From: Scenedesmus sp. PABB004
Taxonomy: Eukaryota
NCBI GenBank assembly: GCA_014905635.1
Contig: JABVCE010000002.1
Span: 1,054,001 to 1,118,000 of the forward strand
Reading direction: 5' to 3'
Length of the DNA: 64,000 nucleotides
Made by a program: the position numbers and the translations under genes. The notes under the pieces were generated by a model. The model saw nothing but the letters and a program-made list of their open reading frames with translations, was not told where the DNA came from and did not search any database. This document shows positions 24,862 to 36,603 of this stretch, in pieces; the stretch's first letter is position 1; each line of letters starts with the position of its first letter.

Positions 24862-25694
24862 TCATCCCGCCGGCCGCCTGTCGGTGGACAGAAGGCGCTC
24901 CGGCTGCGGGCGCGCCGCCACCCTGCCCATGCGCTCGGGCGGCCACACGACATGCGTCACGCGCCCCTCCAGCAGGCCCAGGTGCACCTGCCGCGCGCGG
25001 CGGGCGGCGCGTGAGCGCGGCGAGGCCGCCCCGGGCGCGGCCGCGCCGGCGCGGCGGGGGCGCTGCCGCCGGCCGCGCCGCGCCGCGCCGCGTCGTGCCC
25101 CGCGGCGCACCGGGCCGTACGCCGACTTGGAGTCGCTGCTCATGGCCGGGTTGTCGCCCTCAACCCAGCAGCGGCCCTGCGGCCCGCGGCCCGGGCGCGG
25201 GCGGCGCCGGCCGTCGGCCGCCGCGGCCCCGCGCGCCTCGCGGGCGCGCGCCGCGCCGCGCTCGCGCACCCGCGGGACCTCGGTCCAGGTGCCGGCCCTG
25301 GTGTCGTCCACGATCGTGTCGCCCTCGAGCGCCAGCAGGCGCTTGATGATCTGCTGGTGCGGGTCGTCCGGCGCCCTGCGGCGGCGGGCGCGCCGCGGCG
25401 GTGGGCCGCGCGCCCCGCTGCCGCGGTCGCGCGGCCCCCGCGCCGCCGGCGCGCTGCCCGCCCGCCCGCCGGGGCGGCGCACCAGAGCACCACGACCTCG
25501 CCGCGCGCGTAGCGGCGCAGGAGCTTGACGCTCGCCTTCTCGACCAGCACGTAGTCGCTGCCGCCGCCCGCGTCCGGGTTCAGCGTCGGCCGCATGGAGG
25601 CGCCGTCCACCCGGATCACGGCCGCCACGAGGTCGGTGAACGCGACGACGGGCGGCAGCAGCCACAGGCCCTGCCGCAGCCGCGCGCCGGCCAT
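24862..25694 (-). CDS. IMP2: Mitochondrial inner membrane peptidase subunit 2 (S26)
   Basis: RVDGASMRPTLNP (Ser), GEVVVL, IIKRLLALEGD (Lys), GRCWVEGDN..SSDSKSAYGP, LLEGRVTHVVWPPER. Confidence 0.9.
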
Positions 25695-26153
25695 GTGCAC
25701 GCGCCGACGATCTCTCCGGCGCCGCCGGGCCGCCCCGGCGAGCGCGCGAGCCCCGGCCCGGCCGGGCCCGCCTAGCGTGCCGCCGCCATGCCGGGAGTGG
25801 GATGTGCGCGTCCTGGCGAGCTGCCCGCGCGGGGGCCGCAGTCAGCAGCGGCGGCGACTCCTGCTGCTGACGGCGGGGGGGCTGCGCCGCGCTGCTGAGG
25901 CGGGAGCGCTGCGCAGTGGCCCGGGCGCTGCGGCGGCGGGCGAGCCCTCACAGGGCACAGCGGCGGCGCCGCCGCGCTTGTAGCCCAAGTCCGCGGACCG
26001 GCCGACTTTGACGCGAGCACGCGGCGCCAGCTCGCAGACCCCGCCGACGGTCCGCAAAATCTCTCTCCCAGCTCCCTCCGCAGCTCGCCAGCAGCGCACG
26101 CGTCGCCCACGCGGCCAGCGCGCGCGCGCGAACAGCGGCGCCGGCGAGCAGCC

Positions 26154-27915
26154 ATGAAGGGCGCCGCCCCGGGCCAGCTGCCCTTCACGGAGCCGGAATG
26201 GAAGGTCCCGGGGTGGGTTTGCGGGCTGGGCGGCAGGAGGCCGCCAGCCAGCGGGCCGCGGCCAGCGCGCCGCGGCCAGCGCGCCGCGGCCAGCGCGCCG
26301 CGCTCAGCGCCCTGCCGCGCCGCCCCGCCGCCAGGTACACGGGCTACGTGCAGGGTCTTCAGGAGGTGTACAAGAAGACGCCGGTAATGGCGCAGCTGGA
26401 GACCAAGGCGCCGGGCGAGGAGAGCTTCCTGCACACGCGCACGGCCAGCCCGCCGCGGTCCACGCACCAGTCGATGCAGCGCGACCCCTGCAACTTTGAG
26501 GAGAACTTCAAGCGCCCCGAGCTGGACAACCTCTGGCCCCGCCTGCAGGAGCGCGCGGCGCAGGTGCACGGCGCGGCGGGGCGCCGCCGCGGCGTGCGCT
26601 GCCGCGCTGCCGCGCGTGCGCGCGCGCGCGCCCCTCTGCCCACGCGCCGCGGGCGTGCGCCGGCACGCGCGCGCAGGACTCGTTCAAGCCGCCCTGCAGC
26701 AACATCGCGCTGGGCGACGAGCGCGTGAGCCCGTTCACGACCTCCTACTCGACCGACTTTCTCGCGCCGTTTGAGGCCCACGCACGGCTGCGCAGCCCGA
26801 TGCGCAACAAGGACCTCGCCGCGACGCAGACGAGCCTCAAGGAGCACTACGCGTCGTCGTTCAACCGCGTCGGCGAGTGCGTGCGCCGCGCGGCACGCGG
26901 CGCGGCGCCAGGCGCCGCAAGCGCGGCCGCGCCCGCCGCCGCGTGCCGCCGGCAGGGCGCGGCTGGCCAAGATGCTCAGCACGATGCGGGAGCGCCTCAG
27001 CGCCAAACTCGGCAACAGCAACGACAACGCGTTCAAGCTGCGCAAGCTCTTCAAGATGTACGACAAGAAGGAGGCCGGCCTGGTGCGGCGATGATGCCTG
27101 CTGGCCGCCGCCGCTCGCGGCTGTCTGGGCGCGCGCCGCGCCGGGCCGCGCTGAGCCGCGCTGGGCCGCGCCCGCACCCACACCCCGCCCGCCCGCGTGC
27201 GCGTGCGCGCGCCCCAGATTCACTACGAGGACTTCCGCATGTTCAGCGAGAGCTTTGGCATGCAGCTCGACGACGACAGCCTGCTCGCGCTCTACCACGT
27301 CTACGACCCGCACGGCAGGCACGACACCGCGCAGCGCCAGCTGCAGGCCCCGCGCCGTGCCGTGCCAGCTGCAGGCGCTGTGCAGAGCAGCTGCAGGCGC
27401 CGCGCCCCGGGGCGGCAGCAGCGGCCGGCGCGCGCGCTGACGCGGCCGCCGCGCCGCGCCGCAGCGGCTTCCTGGCGTACGAGGAGATTGTGCGCCAGCT
27501 GCTCGACGCCGACTACTACGCCATGTTCTCGCCCGCGGGCGTGGACAACACGCAGGCGCGCGCGCGCGCGCGCCGCGGGCCCGCGGGCCGGGGGCACGCT
27601 GGCGAGGGGCGCCGCGGCCGACTGCGCGCCCGCGGCCGGCCGCGCCCGCAGGCGCTCGTCGACGCGCAGGCGACGGCGGCGCTGGTCGCCAACCTGCGCA
27701 AGCGCGTCAACGGCGGGACCGCGGACATGGTCGCCGTGTTTCAGTCGTTTGACGCCGACGGCAGCGGCCTGCTGCCGGCCAAGGCCTTCCAGGCGGGCTG
27801 CGCCGCGCTCGGCGTCGTGCTGTCGCCCAAGGAGGCGGCGTGGGTCAGCGCCGTCGCGTCGGCCGGCGACGGCCGCGTGCGCTGGGCGGCGTTCTGCGAG
27901 GCGTTCGGCGAGTGA
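26154..27915 (+). CDS. Flagellar EF-hand microtubule-inner-protein-like gene (FAP252-like), about 355 aa
   Basis: N-terminal VPG|YTGYV (PYG-type motif), FTTSYSTDF, EF-hands LFKMYDKKEAGL|IHYEDF, YDPHGSGFLAYEE, FDADGSGLLP. The FAP252 assignment is from recall. Confidence 0.65.
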
Positions 27916-28222
27916 CGGCGGCGGCACCACCGCAGCTGTTGGGTGCCGCCAGCGACGGCGGGTTCTGCGGCGGGGGGCGGGGTTCTGAGCAGGGCCCGGT
28001 GTGCGCGCGCGCCGGGCAACGGTGTGGCCGACGGCGCGAACAGCACACACAAACACAGCCTCCTCCGTCACTGCCGGCGGCGCACAGAGCAGCCCTGCTG
28101 CCAACGCGTCGCGCCCTGCTGTCCGCCGCAAGCGCTGCAGCAGCGCCCGCCACCGCGCCCGTGGCAGCCCACGCCTGTGTCCCCTGCAGCCCTGCTGCGC
28201 CCTCGATACGACGGGAGGCGCC

Positions 28223-29280
28223 ATGAGCAGCGCGGCGGCCCGCCGGCGGCGCGGCCGGGCGGCGGGTGCGCTGCCGCTGCTCGCGCGCCGCGGGCGCCGC
28301 CGAGCCGGGCGCCCTGATCCCCGCCCGCCTTGCGGCTCCGCAGCCGGCGAGGGCGAGCTGGGCGAGTCGCTGCTGGCCGGCGAGCAGCCGAGCGCCGCGG
28401 CGGCGCCGCGCCGGGGGCCGCAGCAGCAGCTCATCGTGCATCAGCCGTTCTCGCTGGAGGCGTTCCTGCGCTTCGTGGTGCAGTCATGGCTGGCCCTGCT
28501 GCGTGAGTGGCGAGCGGTTGGGGCCGCCGCGAGGCGTCGGCGCAGTGCGCGCCCACCCCGCGCCCCACCCCGCGCGCTGCCGCCGCCGCCGCCGCAGAGT
28601 CGCTGAGCAGCTGCCTGCGCGCGCTGCTAGGCGGCCGCGGCGGCCCCAGCCTGTCGCTGGTGCAGGCGGAGCGGCTCGAGGAGCTGCAGGAGCGCCTCGC
28701 CGTGCCGTACGACGGTGCCAACCCGGCGCACCAGGACGCGCTGCGCGAGCTCTGGGCGCTCGCCTTCCCCGGCGAGGCGTGTGAGGCGCTCAAGTGCGCG
28801 CGCTGGAAGGACATGGGCTGGCAGGGCGAGGACCCGGGCACCGACTTTCGCGGCGCGGGGCTGCTGGGCCTGGACTGCCTCATCTACCTCGGCACGCGCC
28901 ACCCGCGGCTGTGGACGGCGCTGCGCCACAAGACGGCGGGCACGCGCTCCGACTGGGAGTACCCCTTTGCCGTCGCGGGGCTCAACCTGTCCTTTGTGCT
29001 CGCCGACCTGCTCGGCCTCGCCGGCGCGCCGCCCGGCAGCCTCCCGGGCACGCCCGCGGGGCGCGCGTTCTGCGCGCTGCTGTGTGAGAGCGACGCCGCG
29101 TTTGAGGAGGTCTACTGCGCCGCCTTTGCCGCGCTCGACGCCGCGTGGCTGGCGGCGGGCGCGTCGTACATGCAGTTCAACGCCGTGCTGCGCGATGTGC
29201 GCGCCGCGCTCACCGACGCGCTGCTGGCGCGCCCGCGCAGCCTCGAGGCGCTGCGCGCGTCGCTCGGCGTGCGCGTGTGA
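28223..29280 (+). CDS. ELMO/CED-12 domain protein (ELMOD, Arf-GAP-like)
   Basis: PYD...HQDALRELW, WKDMGWQGEDPGTDFRGAGLLGL, YPFAVAGLN, W....ASYMQFN. Confidence 0.9.
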
Positions 29281-29304
29281 CCGAGCCCCCGCGCGCGCAC
29301 ACGC

Positions 29305-29309
29305 TGTAA
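29305..29309 (+). terminator. TGTAA poly(A) signal for ELMOD
   Basis: TGTAA about 25 nt after the stop codon. Confidence 0.6.
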
Positions 29310-29344
29310 GCGCCGCCGCCGACCGCTACGCCGCCGCGGGCGCT

Positions 29345-32107
29345 TCACTTGGCGCTCTTGATGCGCAGCCGCGCCAGCTCGCTCGCATACTTGTCGGGCA
29401 CGCCGCTCGCGGCCAGCTCCGCCAGCTTGCGCGCCTTGACCTGCGCGCGCGGCGCGGGGCGGGGCGGCGCTTGCAGTGTGCGCCGAGCGCGCGCGCACGC
29501 GCGCCGGCCTGGCCACCCCGCGCGAGCGGGCGCACCTCTTCCAGCGCTGCCTTCTCCTGCGCCTGCTCGTGCCGGATGCGCTTGCCCTCCTGCAGGTACG
29601 CCGCGCGCTCGGCGCGCTCCGCCTCGCGCCGCGCCTGCATCTGGCCCAGCAGGTCGCGCTTGTACGCCTCCGCCAGCTGGCGCTGCGCCACGCTCTGCTG
29701 GGCGGCGGGTGGCGGCGGGGCGCCGGTGAGCGGCGGCCGGGCGCCGTGTGCACGTCGCGGGCCTGCCTGCCGCCCCAGGCGGGCGGCGCCCGGGCTCAGC
29801 GCGCGCGGCCGACCTGGCTGCGGTCCTGCGCCTCCTTCTCCTGGTTGACCGCCAGCACGCGGCTGAACTCGGCCTGCTCCACCTCGGCCATCTCGCACTG
29901 CGCGACCAGCTTGCTCCGCATCTGCGACTCCCGCGCCGCCGCGAGGTCGGCCATCATCGCCGCCCGCCGCGCCGCCGCGGCCGCCTCCCTGGCCCGGTAC
30001 TCCCGGTCCTTGGCCTCCTGCGAGAGCGCGCGCGCGGCGCCGGGCGGCGCGAGGGCGGCTCGGCACCCCGCGCCGGCGGGCGCAGCGCCGCGCGTGCCAG
30101 CGCCGCGCCGGCGCGGCCGCGCGCCTGGTAGCGGCGCGCGCGCAGCTCGTCCTGCTCGCTGCGGTGGTCCGCCACCTTCTCCTGCATCGCGCGCAGCCGC
30201 GCGACCTCGAGCTCCTTGGCGCGGCTCACCGCCTCCCGCTCCGCCGCGACCGCCTGCGCGCGCGCGGCGGGGGCGCGGCGGCGGGCCGTCGGCATGCCGG
30301 GCGGCGGGTCAACCGCGTGCCGGCCGGGGCGCCGCGCAGTGCGCTGTGGGGCCGCCCCGCGCGCCTGCTCGCGCGCGTCCTTTGCCCGGATGTACGCAGC
30401 GATGCGCAGGTCCTCCTCGCGCTCCTGCTCCGCGAGCGCGTGCTTGCGCGAGATCTGCTCCGCGTTGGCGGCGGCCACCTGCGCCGGCGGCGGCGGCAGG
30501 CCCGCGCGGGCGGCGCGCGTCGGGCCGCCGCGCTGGGCGCCGCCAGCCGCGCGCACCGCGCCGCGGGCCCCCACCTCGGCCATGAGCGCGGCGGCGCGGG
30601 CCTTCTTGGCGGCGGCCGCGGCGGCCTCGTCGTGCTGCAGCCGCTCCAGCTCGCGCACCATCTGCTGCCGCTCCTGCGGCGCCGCCGGGCCGGGCGCGAC
30701 CGGCGGCCGGGGTCAGCTTGCGCGCCGGCGCGGCGCGCTGCCCGCCCCGGGGCCGCCGGGCTCGCCGCGCCGCAGGCGCGCGCGCCTGGTCCCGCATCTC
30801 CTCCTCGCGCTCGCGCTGCCGCTCGCGCTCCGCCAGCTGCTCCTGCAGGATGGCCGCGCTCCGCTCCTGCTCCTCGTGCCGCTGCACGTCGCGCGCCTGC
30901 GCGGGGGCGGCAGAGGCGCCGGCGGCGGCGGGCGCTCGTTGGCACGTGTCGGCGGCAGCAGCTGCGCGCGCGTGCAGCCGCAGCGCGCGGCGTGCCTGGT
31001 ACGCCTCCAGCGCGCGGAGGCGCTCAATCTCCATCATCAGGTCCAGCCGCCGCTGCTCCTCGGCCTCCGCGCGCTTGGCCGCCTCCTTCTCCTGCGGCGC
31101 GGCAGGGGGCGCCCCAGGCTGAGGCTCAGCTGGGGCCGGCGCCCCCCCTCGACCTCGGCTGCCGCGCCAGCTGCAGCCGCGCGAGCTGCGGCCGAGGGAC
31201 AGCCGCATGGCCGGCGCGCCGGCGCGCGCACCTGGACCTGCTTGTCGCGCACGCTCACGCACTTGGCGCAGTCGACCATCTGGCTCATCACCTTGACCTC
31301 ATCCTTCTCCTCCGCCAGCAGCGCCGCCGCGCGGCCGAGCGTCGCGCCGTCCGCCGCCGCGCGCACCGCCTCGCTCTCGCCCGGCGGCGCCTGCGCGCGC
31401 GCGCGCGCGCGCGCGCGAGAGAGCACGCGGGCGCGTGGCGGCGTGGGCACACGAGGGTCGGCGGCGCCAGGCAGCCAGTCAGCCAGGCGGGCCCCCTGGC
31501 CGCACCCACCTGGCGCCGCGCCTCCTCCTCGAGGCGGAGCATCTTCTCATTGCGCGCCCGCGCCGCCGCGCGCGCCGCCGCGTTCTTGTCCTCCGCCTCG
31601 CGCCGCGCGGCGCTGAGCTGCTCCGGCGTCATGATCGCCGGCGCCGCGGCCATGCGCGCGACCTCGCGCGCCGGCAGCGCGACGACCTCCGGCCGGCGCT
31701 CCGCCTTGACCAGCGCGGAGCGGTACGCCGGCTTGCGCCCGGGGCTGCCCGCGCCGGGGGACTGCGGCGCAGGGGAGGGCGTGAGCTGCCCGGACCTGCG
31801 GGGGCTGGCCCGGGCCCCGGCCGCGCGGCGCCGGTCTCGGCGGCCGGCGCAGCGACGCGCTTGGCGGCGCCGGCGCACCTGCTTGGCCGCGTCCTTGCTG
31901 GGCGAGCTCGGCTTCGCAAACAGGGAGTCGTCCACGAAGCTGTCGGGCGCCAGCGTGCGGTATCTGCGGCCGCAGGCGTGCAAACGTTGGGCTGGTCCGC
32001 CGAGCGCCGCTGCTGCGCGGCGCGCCGCTGCGCCGGGCTTGGACTCACCCGCCGGGCTTGGACGAGCGCGCGCTGGCCCCGCTCGCGGTGGAGCCGGCGC
32101 GCCCCAT
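29345..32107 (-). CDS. CFAP45: Cilia- and flagella-associated protein 45 (FAP45/CCDC19, TPH domain)
   Basis: RYRTLAPDSFVDDSLF, EEKDEVKVMSQMVDCAKCVSVRDKQ, RLDLMMEIERLRAL, KELEVARLRAMQEK..D..SEQDELRARRYQ, C-terminal KLAELAASGVPDKYASEL. Confidence 0.88.
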
Positions 32108-32338
32108 GGCTGGGCCGGCGCTGCTCCGGCGCTGCGGCGCGCGTTGGCCGCTGGCTCTGTCGCAGCTCGCGCGCGCGGGAGGCGGCGCTGTGCTGCGTGA
32201 GGGGCCGGGGCGGGTGTGGATGCTGCAGCGCGGCGGCGGCGCTGCGTGGCCGGGCGGGGTCGGCGGCACGCGCTGCTACAGCCGCGACGGCGCGAGCTCG
32301 CGTTTCAACTCCCGGCGCCCGCCGGCTCGCCCAGCTCC

Positions 32339-32786
32339 TCACATGACGCCCAGCCAGCGCAGCAGCACGGCCAGCAGCAGCACCGCGAGCGCGAGCACGA
32401 GCACCAGGTGGCTCGTCAGCAGCGCGCGCGCCTTGCGCGCCGCCGCGACGCCGCCCTGCGCGACCGCGAGGCCCTTGGTGAGCATCGCGACGTGGCTCGG
32501 CTTCATCGCCTTGAGCTGCGCCGCCATGGCCGCCGCCTGGGCCTCGTCGCCGCCCATCATGCCGGCCATCAGCTGCGCAGCGCGCGCGCGCGCGCGTGCG
32601 GCGGCGCCGGCGTCAGAGCGGCGCGTGCGCGGCGCCCGCGCCGCCCCGCGCCCGCCCCGCCCCGCGCTGTGCCCCGTGTCTGCGCACCTGCGTGAGCGCG
32701 TCATGGTCCATCTCGCGGAAGGAGTTGAGCATCGTCTCGATCATCGCCGGCGGCATGCTCGTCAGCATGGCTGCGCCGCCCGCGGC

Positions 32787-32844
<58 letters not shown>

Positions 32845-33214
32845 CGGAGCGGCGCGTCAGCCAACGAGGGCGCGCCCTGCGCGCGCGGCCGGTGCACGCG
32901 CCGGCCCGCGCGCCGCGCGCTGCCGCGCCGCGCGCCGCGCGCCGCGCCGCGCACCGCTGGCGCTGGGCATGCCCGCGGCGCCGCCGCCGGGCGCAGCGGC
33001 GCCGCCGGCGGCGGCCATCGTCGCCATGCGCTCCAGGTCGGCGGGGGACATCGCGCCAAACATCTTGCCTGCCATGGCCATCATCTCCGGCGTCATCATC
33101 GCGGCCATGGCCGCTGCGTCGGGCGCGCCCGCGCCCGCGCCGGCCACCGCGCCGGCCGCCGCCGGCGCGGCGGGCGCGGCAGCGCCCGGCGCTGTGCGCG
33201 GCGCGAGTACGGCA

Positions 33215-33246
<32 letters not shown>

Positions 33247-35374
33247 GCCGGCGCCGCCCATGGCGGCGGCCATCTGCTGCAGCTGCTCCGGCGGCATGCT
33301 CGTGAGTGCCTCGGCCGCCGCGCTGATGGCCGCGGGGTCGACGTCGAGGCCCGCCGGCAGCCCCGCCTGCGCCATCGCCGCCTGCAGCTGCTCCTTAGGC
33401 ATGCTGCGCATCATCTCGGCCGCGCCCTTGAGCATGTCCGGGTTGGACTGCATCAGCTGCGGCGCGCGCACGCCAGCCAGCGCGTCGTGAGGGCGTCGCG
33501 AGGGCGGCGCGCGCACGCCAGCCAGCGCGTCGTGAGGGCGTCGCGAGGGCGGCGCGCGCGGCAGCGGCGCGCCGCCGCAGCCGGGGGCGCTCGACGCCGT
33601 CCTCGCCCTCCCTCCCCCTCGCGCGCGCGCGCGCGCGCCACACCTGCGCCATCTGCGCCATGCCCTCCGGCGACGCGCCGCCGCCGGGGCCGAGCGCGGC
33701 CATCTGCGCCATCGCCTCGAGCTGCTGCGGCGACATGCCCGCCATGTGGCGCTGCGCCGCCGCGAGCGCGGCCGCGTCGAGGTTGGCGCCCGACTCGCGG
33801 CCCATTGCGGCCAGCTGCTCGGGGGACATGCTGGACATCATCTGCGCAGCCTGCCCCGCCGGCGGCGGCGCGCGCACACGTGTCAGGCCGCGGCAGCGGC
33901 GGCGGCGGCAGGGCGCGGAGCGCGCAGCCCCAGTGCACCGCGTCGGGCGGGCAGCCCACCTGGCGCATCATGTCCGGGTTGGAGCGCAGCATCGCGGCCG
34001 CCTCCTGGAGCTGCGCCGCCGACAGCCCGCCCATGCCGCCCAAGCCCGGCCCGGCGCCGGCGCCGGCGCCGGCGCTCCGCGCGGCGGCGCGTTGCGCCGT
34101 GGCGGCCTGCTGCCGCGGCGCGCCCAGGATCTCCAGCTCCGGCGCGTCCTGCAGCGCCGCGTCGTGCCCGCCGCTGCTGGTGAGCTCGGGCACCTCTTCG
34201 ATCAGGCCATCCTCCTCCACCGCCGGCGCCGGCCGCTGCTGTTGCTGCTGCTGCTGCTGCTGCGCCTGCTGCTGCGCCTGCGCCTGCTGCTGCTGCTGCA
34301 CCTGCTGCTGCCCGTCCTGCTGCTGCGCCTGCTGCTGCCCCTCCTGCTGCTGCCCGTCGCCGCCGGCGCCCGCGAGGCGCGCCCGCACGGCCGCGAGCTT
34401 CTCCCGGATGAGCACCTGCTGTGCCGGGTCGTGGCCCGACAGCTCCAGCGCGGCGGCGAGGTCGGCCTCCGCCTCGCCGTGCCGCGCGAGCGCCGCCAGC
34501 GCCTGCCCCCGCCGGTAGAGCGCCTTGAGGTTGCGCGGCTCGCCTGCGCCGCGCCGCGGCCGGGGCGGCGTGGGCGGCCGCCGCCCCCGGCCCGCCGCCC
34601 CCGCCGCGCGGCCCCGGCCGCCGCCGCCCGCGGCGCCGCCGCCCGCGGCCCCGCGCGCACCGGCGAGCACGTCGGCACACTCGTCCACGCACTCGGCGTG
34701 GCGGCCGAGGTTGAGGTAGCAGCTGCCCAGGTTGAGCACGCACGCCTTGCGCAGCACGCCCGCCTCGGCGTTGGCGCCCGCGAGGCCGTCCAGGTTGGCC
34801 TTGGCGCGCGCGTACTTCTCGGCCGCCTCGGCAAACTTGCCTGCGCGGTCGGGGGCGCGGCCGCGGCGGCCGTGGCGCGCTGCAACGAGGCACCGCTGGC
34901 CGCTGGCCGCCGGCTGGGCGCTGGGGCCGCCGCCTGCGCGCGCGCCGCCGCGGCGCCCGCCGCCCACCCGCGGCGTGCAGCTTGTTGCCCTCGGCCTTGA
35001 GCTGGTTGCTGGCGCTGACCGCGTACTTCTCGCGCGCCGACAGCGCCGCGCCGGCCTGCTGCGCCTGCTGCGCGATGGTGGCGGGGTCCATGCCCGCGAC
35101 CTGGCGCTGCGCGGCGGCGAGGTCTTCGGGGGACATGCTCTGCATTTGCGCCATCGCCGCCGACATCATGCCCGGGGTCACGTTGCCCATGCTCGCCATC
35201 ATCGCCTGCATTTGCTCCGGCGACATGCGGCTCTGCGGCGGCGCCGAGGCAGCAGCGGCAGCAGCAGCAGCGGCGGCGGCGGCGGTTGGCGCCGGGGCGC
35301 CGCTGGCGCGCGGTCGCGGGGCGTCGCCTCCGCACCATCTGCTCCATCGCCGCCTGCATCATGGCGGGATTCAT
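32339..35374 (-). CDS. OEP61/TPR7-like tail-anchored TPR chaperone receptor with Met-rich STI1-like repeats
   Basis: MNPAMMQAAMEQM..MSPE repeats; TPR clamp LKAEGNKLH, KY.RAK, LNLGSCYL, NLKALYRRGQA; C-terminal TM LVLVLALAVLLLAVLLRWLGVM*. Confidence 0.82.
32784..32842. repeat. (CGG)n microsatellite in an OEP61 intron
   Basis: About 18 consecutive cgg units. Confidence 0.9.
33459..33559. repeat. 45-bp tandem duplication in an OEP61 intron
   Basis: 33459-33503 is identical to 33504-33548, followed by a partial third copy. Confidence 0.9.
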
Positions 35375-35783
35375 CCGGCCACAGCCGGCCGCCAGGAGGC
35401 GGGGGCGCGGACCAGCAGCAGCAGAGCGGCCCGGCGGCCGCGCACGCGGGGCGTGTGGCTCCTGGTCGGCTAGGGGGCAGCTCGGTGTGGGCGCTGCGAC
35501 GGGACGCGCCAGGCTGTCACTGGCGCAGCGTTAGGCGCGCTTCGCCTTCGGGCCAGTAGAGCGAGCGCGGCGGCCGCCCGGCCGCGCGTCGTGCATCCCC
35601 GCACACACGCGCCGCCGCAGGGCTCGCCGCACGGCCGCCACGAGCTCGTGCGCGACGCAGCAGCAGCATCAGCGCCGAGGCGTACACGTAGCGCTGCCGC
35701 CCGCGCGCGTCGGCGCGACCGCAGCGGCCTGTTCGACGGCCAGGCCCTCGCCGGACGCGGAGCAGTCTTGATCGCGGGCCGGC

Positions 35784-36571
35784 ATGGAGGCGCTGCTGGC
35801 GCAGCTTGGCGCGGGCGCATTCAGCCCGCTGCAGCTCGCCGCCCTGGCGGGCCTCGCCGCGCTGCTGGCGGCGATCGTGGCGCGCGTGGCGTCCGCTGCC
35901 TTCCCGGGCGACAAGCCGCCCGTGTTCGAGGGCGTGCCGTTCGTGGGCGGGCTGCTCAAGTTTGTCGGGGTGCGCCGCCGCTGCCCCGCTGCCGCTGCCC
36001 CGCTGCCGCGCCGCCGCGCCGCGCCGCCGCGCCGGGCGTCCCCCGGGCGCCAGATTGGGCGCGCCGCGCCCGACGCGCCCGACGCGCCCGACGCGCGGCG
36101 GCGCAGGGCCCGTGGCGGCTGATGGAGGAGGGCTACGCGACGCTCGGCGAGGCGTTTACTGTGCCGGTCGCGCACAAGCGCGTCACCTTCCTCATCGGCC
36201 CCGACGTGTCGCCCCACTTCTTCAAGGCCACCGACGACGAGCTCAGCCAGACCGAGGTGAGCCCGCGCGCGCGCGCACGCGCGGGGCCAAGGGAGGCGTG
36301 GGGGGAGGCGCGCTGCGGCGGGCGCCGCCGGGCGCTCGACGCCCCGCGGCGGCGTCGCCCCACGCCCGCCCGGCCCCGCCCCACGCGGCGGCGGCGGCGC
36401 GCAGGTGTACGACTTCAACGTGCCGACGTTTGGCCGCGGCGTGGTGTACGACGTGGACCAGAAGACGCGCACCGAGCAGTTCCGCTTCTTCACCGAGGCG
36501 CTCAAGAAGGACCGGCTCGCAAAGTACGTGCCACAGTTTGTGGCAGAGGCCGAGGTGCGCGCGCGCCGCCA

Positions 36572-36603
<32 letters not shown>

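Noticed and set aside
32108..32338. OEP61 then CFAP45 as a bicistronic pair (231-bp gap)
   Set aside because: A TGTAG variant poly(A) signal (ctaca at 32276-32280) lies about 60 nt past the OEP61 stop, so independent termination is plausible.
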